A DNA stretch of 64,000 bases from Anaerolineales bacterium (GTDB lineage Bacteria > Chloroflexota > Anaerolineae > Anaerolineales > Villigracilaceae), in the NCBI GenBank assembly GCA_020060235.1, contig JAGVAO010000067.1, positions 1,257 through 65,256 of the forward strand. Reading direction: 5' to 3'. Position numbers and translations under genes: made by a program. This document shows positions 28,060-34,701 of this stretch, one piece after another. The first letter of the stretch is position 1; the number at the start of each line of letters is the position of its first letter. The notes below the pieces were generated by a model that saw nothing but the letters and a program-made list of their open reading frames with translations, had not been told where the DNA came from and did not search any database.

Positions 28060-29820
28060 ATGACTACTATTGCCTCCCCCGCCGAATTTACCATTCAACG
28101 TCCGCAGTACAGCCGCACCAGCGCCATTCGCTGGGTGTTATCGCACGTCCTCCGACACAATTGGATTATTGTGATGGTCTTCCTCGGCGCGTTGGGCAAT
28201 GCCGCCCTGGCCGCTGTGGTTCCCATCTTGGTTGGTGATGCCTTCAACGCCATGCTGCTGCCTTCACCGGATACAGGCGTGCTCGTTCCGTTGGCGCTGA
28301 TAATCGGCGGCACCCAGGTTTTGCGCGGCGTCCTGCAATTGGGGCGCAACTTTGGCGCGGAACTGCTCGGCCAGCGCCTCGAAGCCGAAATCCGCGACGA
28401 ATTGTACATTTCCCTGCTCGGCAAGAGCATGACCTTCCACAGCCTCCAGCCGGTTGGCGATACCATGGCTCGCGCCACCAACGACGTGCGCGAAATCAAC
28501 CTGATGTTCAATCCTGGCATCAATCTGGTGATTGGCTCGTTCTTCTTCCTGGTCATGCCCATCCTGGCTGCGCCGCGTTATCACCCGGCTCTGCTCATCA
28601 CGCCCCTGCTTTTCGCGCTTGCCTATTTCGCCTCCCTGGCGCGCTACCTCAAGACCCTGGCCCCCATTTCGGACGAAGTGCGCGCCTCGTTTGGCAGCAT
28701 GAACACCCACCTGTCCGAATCGCTTGACGGCGTCGAAACCGTCAAAGGCGCGGCCCAGGAAGATTCCGAAGTCGAGCGCTTCATCCTGAACGCCAAACGG
28801 GTGCGGGATGCCTTCGTCAAGCAGGGGGATACCGAAGCGAGATTTATCGCCTTCCTCCTGTACGGGATTGCCATCGCCGCCGGACTCACCCACGCCCTGT
28901 TCCTGTTTCGGGAAGGGCTGCTCAACACCGGGCAGGTGATTGCCTATTTTGGCCTGCTGCGCATGCTCGATTTCCCGACCTTTACCTCCTCCTGGGCCTA
29001 TACCCAGGTCTCGATGGGGCTGGCCGGGGCGCGGCGCATCCTCGAACTCATCAACCGCGAGACCGACCTCGACCAGAACGCCAGCGGTTACAGCGGCGAG
29101 ATGAAAGGCGAGGTTGAATTCAAAGATGTGACTTTTGCCTACCCTGATGGCTCCGCTGTGCTTGAAAATATTTCCTTCAAGGTCAAGCCGGGGCAAACGG
29201 TCGCCGTTGTCGGCCAGACCGGGGCAGGCAAAACCTCGCTGGTCAAACTACTCAACCGCACCTACGACATCTCCTCCGGCCAGGTGCTGGTGGACGGCCT
29301 CGATGTCCGTGAGTGGAACCTGGCCTCGCTTCGTTCGCAAATCTCGATGATTGAGCAGGACATATTCCTGTTCTCGCGCTCGATTAGCGACAACCTGGCC
29401 TTTGGCAAGCCCGGCGCCGGGCAGGACGAAGTCGAATCCGCCGCCAGGGCCGCCCAGGCGCATGACTTCATCGAAACTTTCGAAAACGGCTACGAGACCG
29501 TCATCGGCGAGCGCGGCGTCACCCTCTCTGGCGGACAGCGCCAGCGCCTGGCCCTCGGACGCGCCTTCCTGACCGACCCGCGCATCCTCATCCTCGACGA
29601 TTCGACCAGCGCCATCGACTCGGCCACCGAGGACAAAATCCAGCGCGCCATTTCAGCGGCGGCCAGGGGACGTACCACCTTTATCATCACCCACCGCCTG
29701 AGCCAGATTCGCTGGGCCGACCTTATCATCGTCCTGCGCAAGGGACAGGTCGCCGCCATGGGGTCACACGACGAACTGATGCGTACTTCCGACGCCTACG
29801 CCCGTATTTTCAGGGAGTAA
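28060..29820 (+). CDS. ABC exporter half-transporter (fused permease and ATPase)
   Basis: Six-TM N-terminal domain. Walker A GQTGAGKTS, signature LSGGQRQR and Walker B ILILDD. Confidence 0.9.
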   Translation: MTTIASPAEFTIQRPQYSRTSAIRWVLSHVLRHNWIIVMVFLGALGNAALAAVVPILVGDAFNAMLLPSPDTGVLVPLALIIGGTQVLRGVLQLGRNFGAELLGQRLEAEIRDELYISLLGKSMTFHSLQPVGDTMARATNDVREINLMFNPGINLVIGSFFFLVMPILAAPRYHPALLITPLLFALAYFASLARYLKTLAPISDEVRASFGSMNTHLSESLDGVETVKGAAQEDSEVERFILNAKRVRDAFVKQGDTEARFIAFLLYGIAIAAGLTHALFLFREGLLNTGQVIAYFGLLRMLDFPTFTSSWAYTQVSMGLAGARRILELINRETDLDQNASGYSGEMKGEVEFKDVTFAYPDGSAVLENISFKVKPGQTVAVVGQTGAGKTSLVKLLNRTYDISSGQVLVDGLDVREWNLASLRSQISMIEQDIFLFSRSISDNLAFGKPGAGQDEVESAARAAQAHDFIETFENGYETVIGERGVTLSGGQRQRLALGRAFLTDPRILILDDSTSAIDSATEDKIQRAISAAARGRTTFIITHRLSQIRWADLIIVLRKGQVAAMGSHDELMRTSDAYARIFRE

Positions 29821-29897
29821 CTGCGTTTTTTCACAACCCTTTTTATGTTTTTTTGCGACTATTTTAGAAATATTCCCGCAACCCAAAGGAGATTGAA

Positions 29898-31628
29898 ATG
29901 AAAAAACGCGTCTATTTTCTCTTGACCCTGCTGTTGCTTGCCAGCCTCTTCCTGGCCTCCTGCGACATCCTGGATGATGACGAATACTATGACGATTACG
30001 AGTACGACTCCGAATCCGGTTATTCGGAAGACTATGGGGAAGAGGAAAGCACCGACGAGTACGCCGCGCAGCCAACCCGCGCCCCGGTTTCGTCTGACCT
30101 GATGGGCGGACGCCCCGGTGTAATTGTCTATGATTTCGGCTTTCGCCCAGACTCGCACGGGTTCAGTTTCGAAAACTATGGCGACGACATCGAAGTCACC
30201 AACCTGACTGCCGATGAAATGCGCCGCCTGTTCGGCGATGACGTTTGTTCGCGCATCAGCGGCGACCAATGCACCCTGACCCCGCCCGCCAAGCAGTGGA
30301 TGAAGCAAGTTAACGACGCCATGGCCGGCGGTCACTGCGAGGGCATGGCTGTCCTGAGTCTGATGATGTACACCGGCCAAATCTCGCCCGCCGATTTTGG
30401 CGGTAACTACGCCAGCGAACTGGATATTAACGACGAAGCCTTGCAGCGCGAAATCGCCTACTGGTGGGCCACCCAGGCCACCGAGCCGGCCGCCGACAGC
30501 GTCATTCGCGGCACGCCGATGGAAATCCTGGCAAAAATCGAGGAAATGGACGCGCGCGGCGAAACCTACACCATTGGCATCTACAAGGAGGATTTCAGCG
30601 GCGGGCACGCCATCACGCCCTTCGGCATCAAGAGCGTCGAGGACGGCCTGTACACCATCCTGGTGTATGACAACAATTATCCCGGCGAGGTGCGCGAACT
30701 TCTCATAGACGAGCGCGACAATTCCTGGGCTTACGAGGCCGCCATTAACCCGCAGGTCGAATCGGAAATTTATGCAGGGAACGCCGCCACGGAAACCCTC
30801 GACCTGACCCCCACCTCGGCGCGCCTGGTGACGCAGCAATGCACCTTCTGCGCGGATGGCTACGGTTCCCTGACCGGGGCCAAACTGGCCGCCCCGGCCC
30901 GTGGTCACAACCAGATTTTCCTTGACGGCAAGGGGCGCATCCTGATTACCGATGAGCAGGGCAATCGCCTCGGCTATGTAAACGGGAAAATTGTCAACGA
31001 AATTCCCGGCGCGTTTTTCAACGCCTACCGCATGGGATTTGTGCAGGAAGCACCCGACCCGATTTATTCCATCCCTGCCGGGCTGAATGTGACCGTCACG
31101 ATTGATGGCAGCAGCCTGGATGCCGATTCCGAAACCGACCTGGTGCTGATTGGCCCCGGCTTCACCATCGGTGTCGAGGAAATCATTCTCGAACCCGGCC
31201 AGGTCGATACGGTCCAGTTTTTTCCTGACGACCAGATGATTGTTTACCAGACCGATGCCGACGAATCGCCTTTTATTGTGGTCGGTGTCGAAGACCAGGA
31301 CGGCGCAGATTACTACTTTGAAGTGCAGGGTATGGACATGCTCGGCGGCGGCGAAATTACCGTCTGGCTTGACACTGAAGAGGGCGACCTGCTTATCAGC
31401 ACCGAAAAACTCAAAGGCGAAGGCGATTTTGCCCTTTACCTGCTTCGCATCACCGATGAAGATGATGAAGAGTTCTACGCCGAGGGCATCATGCTGCGGG
31501 CTGGCGCGACCATCTACATCAACTATGCCGAGTGGACCTCTGACGACCCCGAAGGCTTGTACATCGACGTCGACCTGGACGGCGATGGCGAAATCGACGA
31601 TGTCTATGACATCCATGATTCGGAATAA
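29898..31628 (+). CDS. secreted acidic lipoprotein, putative papain-fold cysteine peptidase with a Ca-binding-like C-terminus
   Basis: Lipobox LFLASC and an Asp/Glu/Tyr-rich linker. Candidate catalytic motifs GGHCEGMA, GGHAITPFG and YDNNYPG. C-terminal DVDLDGDGEIDD (DxDxDGxxD). AAGGAG RBS. Confidence 0.5.
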   Translation: MKKRVYFLLTLLLLASLFLASCDILDDDEYYDDYEYDSESGYSEDYGEEESTDEYAAQPTRAPVSSDLMGGRPGVIVYDFGFRPDSHGFSFENYGDDIEVTNLTADEMRRLFGDDVCSRISGDQCTLTPPAKQWMKQVNDAMAGGHCEGMAVLSLMMYTGQISPADFGGNYASELDINDEALQREIAYWWATQATEPAADSVIRGTPMEILAKIEEMDARGETYTIGIYKEDFSGGHAITPFGIKSVEDGLYTILVYDNNYPGEVRELLIDERDNSWAYEAAINPQVESEIYAGNAATETLDLTPTSARLVTQQCTFCADGYGSLTGAKLAAPARGHNQIFLDGKGRILITDEQGNRLGYVNGKIVNEIPGAFFNAYRMGFVQEAPDPIYSIPAGLNVTVTIDGSSLDADSETDLVLIGPGFTIGVEEIILEPGQVDTVQFFPDDQMIVYQTDADESPFIVVGVEDQDGADYYFEVQGMDMLGGGEITVWLDTEEGDLLISTEKLKGEGDFALYLLRITDEDDEEFYAEGIMLRAGATIYINYAEWTSDDPEGLYIDVDLDGDGEIDDVYDIHDSE

Positions 31629-31668
31629 CGAGAAGAAAAAAAGATGGAATAGTGGATGAGCAACTCCA

Positions 31669-31693
31669 CTGAAAACTGAAAACTGGAAACTGA
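31669..31693 (+). repeat. tandem heptamer CTGAAAA x3 (the third copy is CTGGAAA)
   Basis: 'ctgaaaactgaaaactggaaactga' ends 3 nt before the ATG at 31697. Confidence 0.6.
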
Positions 31694-31696
31694 CCT

Positions 31697-33514
31697 ATGG
31701 GATTCTTTGCCGGACTAAACGAAGAAAAATACGACCGCCAGTATAAAGACAGCGACCTTGCAAAACGCATGATTGCCTATTTTGCCCATCAAAAAGGGCG
31801 CATGGCGTTCATTGTGGGGTTGATGTTCCTCATGGCTGGTTTGGGCGCGGCCCTGCCGATTATTGTCAGCGCCATTATGGATTTGCTCGAGGAACGCCCG
31901 ACCATCGAAGCCATCCTGCTGGTGGGCGGCGGCATGACCCTGATTGCCTTCCTGAACTACGGTCTCAACTGGCTGCGCCGAGCCCTGACCGTCCGCACCG
32001 TTGGCGACGTGGTGCTGGATATTCGCGCCCGCGCCTTCCGCGCCGCCGCCGAGCACGACCTATCGTTCTACGACCAGTTTTCCAGCGGGCGCATCGTCAG
32101 CCGCATCACCAGCGACACCAACGATTTCGGTCAATTGGTAGTCATCGTTACCGATGTCGGCTCACAATTGGGTATGACCATCATCCTCGGTATCGTATTG
32201 TTCAACACCGAGTGGCGGCTGTTTACAGTCATGCTGGCTTTCATTCCGGTAATTTTGGCGATTGCGCTCGGCTTCCGCAAACTGGCGCGGATTGTCACCA
32301 AGCGCGGGATGCAGGCCATGGCCGATGTCAACGCGACCATCAAGGAAACCGTCAGCGGTATTGCAGTTGCCAAGAACTTCCGTCAGGAAGGCAGCATTTT
32401 CGACACCTTTGAAGTTGCCAACCAGCAGGCCTACCGCGTTAATGTCCGGCGCGGGTTTGTGCTCTCGCTCGTTTTCCCCGTACTGAACGCCACGACCGGT
32501 ATTTTTGTCGGCATTCTCGTGTATGCGGGCGGTTTGAGCGCGGCGGCGGGAATTGTCACCATTGGGGCCTGGTTCCTGTTTGTCAATTCGCTCGATTACT
32601 TCATGTTTCCCCTGCTCAACCTGACCTCGTTCTGGGCGCAGATTCAGTCCGGCCTGTCGGCGGCGGAACGGGCTTTCGCGCTCATCGACGCCGACCCGAA
32701 CGTCAACCAGGTGGACAGGCGGGACGTGCCGCCGCTAAAAGGCGAGATTCGCTTCGAGAATTTCGATTTCCGCTACACCGACAACGAACCCATCCTGACC
32801 GGCTTCGACCTGGCCATCAAACCCGGTGAAAACCTTGCGCTGGTGGGCCATACCGGGGCGGGGAAATCCTCGATTGCCAAACTGATAGCCCGCTTTTACG
32901 AGTTTCAGGGCGGGCGGCTGCTTATCGATGGTCAGGACATCCGCACTTTTGATTTGCAGCAGTACCGCCGCCAGTTGGGAATTGTCTCACAGGTTCCTTT
33001 CCTGTTTTCGGGCACGGTCGAGCAAAACATCCGCTATGCCTGCCCGGACTGCACAGGCCGCGAAGAAATCATCGAAATGGCGCGCCGAATCGGTGACGGC
33101 GAATGGCTGGAGACCCTGCCCAATGGCCTGGATACAGAAGTCGGGGAGCGCGGCGGGCGATTAAGCATGGGCCAGCGACAACTTGTCGCGCTGATGCGCG
33201 TCCTCGTGCAGAAACCGGCCATCTTCATCCTGGACGAGGCCACCGCCAGCATCGACCCGTTTACCGAGTGGCAAATCCAGCAGGCGCTTAATCTCATTCT
33301 GCAAAATTCGACCAGCATCCTGATTGCCCACCGCCTTTCGACCGTCAAAGCCGCCGACCGGATTGTGGTCATGAAACAGGGTGCGATTATCGAACAGGGC
33401 AGCCACGAGGCCCTGCTGGCCCAGGCCGGGCACTATGCCGAGCTGTACAACACCTACTTCCGGCACCAGAGCCTGGCCTATGTCGAGCAGATGAAAGACT
33501 TGGTCACGAGTTAG
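31697..33514 (+). CDS. ABC exporter half-transporter (fused permease and ATPase), likely partner of 28060..29820
   Basis: Walker A GHTGAGKSS, signature LSMGQRQL and Walker B IFILDEAT. Confidence 0.9.
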   Translation: MGFFAGLNEEKYDRQYKDSDLAKRMIAYFAHQKGRMAFIVGLMFLMAGLGAALPIIVSAIMDLLEERPTIEAILLVGGGMTLIAFLNYGLNWLRRALTVRTVGDVVLDIRARAFRAAAEHDLSFYDQFSSGRIVSRITSDTNDFGQLVVIVTDVGSQLGMTIILGIVLFNTEWRLFTVMLAFIPVILAIALGFRKLARIVTKRGMQAMADVNATIKETVSGIAVAKNFRQEGSIFDTFEVANQQAYRVNVRRGFVLSLVFPVLNATTGIFVGILVYAGGLSAAAGIVTIGAWFLFVNSLDYFMFPLLNLTSFWAQIQSGLSAAERAFALIDADPNVNQVDRRDVPPLKGEIRFENFDFRYTDNEPILTGFDLAIKPGENLALVGHTGAGKSSIAKLIARFYEFQGGRLLIDGQDIRTFDLQQYRRQLGIVSQVPFLFSGTVEQNIRYACPDCTGREEIIEMARRIGDGEWLETLPNGLDTEVGERGGRLSMGQRQLVALMRVLVQKPAIFILDEATASIDPFTEWQIQQALNLILQNSTSILIAHRLSTVKAADRIVVMKQGAIIEQGSHEALLAQAGHYAELYNTYFRHQSLAYVEQMKDLVTS

Positions 33515-33538
33515 CGGCCGTCGAATATTTTCAAATCG

Positions 33539-33580
33539 GGCAAAACCGCTGCATCAGGGGCGGTTTTGCCTTTTGTTTTG
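33539..33580 (+). terminator. rho-independent terminator
   Basis: Perfect 11-bp stem 'ggcaaaaccgc'...'gcggttttgcc' followed by TTTTGTTTT. Confidence 0.8.
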
Positions 33581-33760
33581 GCGCAGGATGACATTTGTAA
33601 CTTGAATTGACCCGCCGCCGGATGTAAAATAAAGAGAACATTGCAGATTAACAACTTGTCCAGTCCCAGCATTGGTTCGGCGGTCGCCCGGGGTCAAACC
33701 CGGCGGCGTGAGCGAGGCTCTCGAAAAGTGCCGCCGCCCGTCCCACAAGGAGCCGACCCT
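33581..33760 (+). promoter_or_regulatory. long GC-rich structured 5' leader, candidate cis-regulatory RNA
   Basis: About 180 nt lie between the terminator and the ATG at 33761. 'ggctct' (33716-33721) can pair with 'ggagcc' (33749-33754), which covers the AAGGAG RBS. 'ccgccg' (33731-33736) can pair alternatively with 'cggcgg' at 33678 or 33701. Confidence 0.25.
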
Positions 33761-34630
33761 ATGAGTCTCTGGAAAGAATATCTTCACCCCAAAACCGTAC
33801 AAGAAGCCGTCGAGGCCCTGGCCTCCTCCCCCGCTCCCGCGATTCCCATCGCGGGCGGTACCGATTTAATGCTCGACCTGCAACAGGGCAACCATACCCC
33901 GGTGCATACGCTGGTCGACCTGACCGGCATCCTTGAACTGCACGCCCTCGAAATTCGCGGCGAGAAGCTGTTTATCGGGGCGGGCGTGCCGCACAACCGC
34001 ATTGTTGAATCAGCGCTGGTGCGCGAACATGCCACATCGCTGGTCGAATCGTGCGGGCTGATTGGCGGGCCGCAGGTGCGCAACTCTGCCACGCTGGGAG
34101 GAAATGTTGCCCACGCCCTGCCCGCTGCCGACGGGACGATTGGACTTTTGGCGCTGGACGCGGAAGCCGAAGTCGCTTCGCCCTCAAGCCGCCGCCTGCT
34201 CCCGTTACATGAACTTTTTGCCGGCCCTGGCAAATCGACCCTCGCGGCGGACGAAATCCTGGTCGGCTTTTACGTTCCGCTGCGCAAGCCGCGCCAGGCC
34301 TCGGCTTTTTGCCGCGTCATGCGCGCCCAGGGAATCGCCCTGCCGATTCTCAACCTGGCTGCCTGGGTCGAGCGCGATGACGAGGTCATCCGCGCCACGC
34401 GGATTGCTGTCGGCCCGGCTGGCCCAACCCCCTTCCGCGCCCTCGAAACCGGAAAATTCCTGACCGGAAAAGCCTTCAGCGAAGAAACCATCGCCGGGGC
34501 GCAGGAAGTTTTGCTCTCCGAGGCCAAATTTCGCACCAGCCCGGCCCGCGCCACTGCCGAATACCGCCGCGAGTTGGTGGTTGTCCTGTTGAAAAATGCC
34601 TTCTCCGCCGCCTGGGAAAGGGCGAAATAG
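33761..34630 (+). CDS. xanthine dehydrogenase / CO dehydrogenase family, FAD-binding (medium) subunit
   Basis: MSLWKEYLHPKTVQEAVEAL...PIAGGTDLMLDL is typical of CoxM/XdhB-type subunits. The ATG at 33761 has AAGGAG 9 nt upstream. The track ORF starts earlier, at a TTG (33641). Confidence 0.8.
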   Translation: MSLWKEYLHPKTVQEAVEALASSPAPAIPIAGGTDLMLDLQQGNHTPVHTLVDLTGILELHALEIRGEKLFIGAGVPHNRIVESALVREHATSLVESCGLIGGPQVRNSATLGGNVAHALPAADGTIGLLALDAEAEVASPSSRRLLPLHELFAGPGKSTLAADEILVGFYVPLRKPRQASAFCRVMRAQGIALPILNLAAWVERDDEVIRATRIAVGPAGPTPFRALETGKFLTGKAFSEETIAGAQEVLLSEAKFRTSPARATAEYRRELVVVLLKNAFSAAWERAK

Positions 34631-34633
34631 CCC

Positions 34634-34687
34634 GGAGTCCAGCGTCTCCTGACGTTGGATATCGAAAATCGGGAGATTTTCGACTCC
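34634..34687 (+). repeat. palindromic element, family B copy 1 (intergenic)
   Basis: Hairpin 'tcgaaaatc'-ggga-'gattttcga' (34662-34683), with outer arms 'ggagtc' (34634) and 'gactcc' (34682-34687). Confidence 0.7.
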
Positions 34688-34701
34688 AAAAGGATTATCT
34701 C

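Noticed and set aside
29859-31616. 585-aa minus-strand ORF covering the whole lipoprotein gene
   Set aside because: This is a shadow ORF on the antisense strand of a gene with a clear signal peptide, RBS and sensible composition. Its translation is G/V/A/D-rich low-complexity sequence with no recognisable motifs. Long antisense ORFs of this kind are typical of GC-rich DNA.
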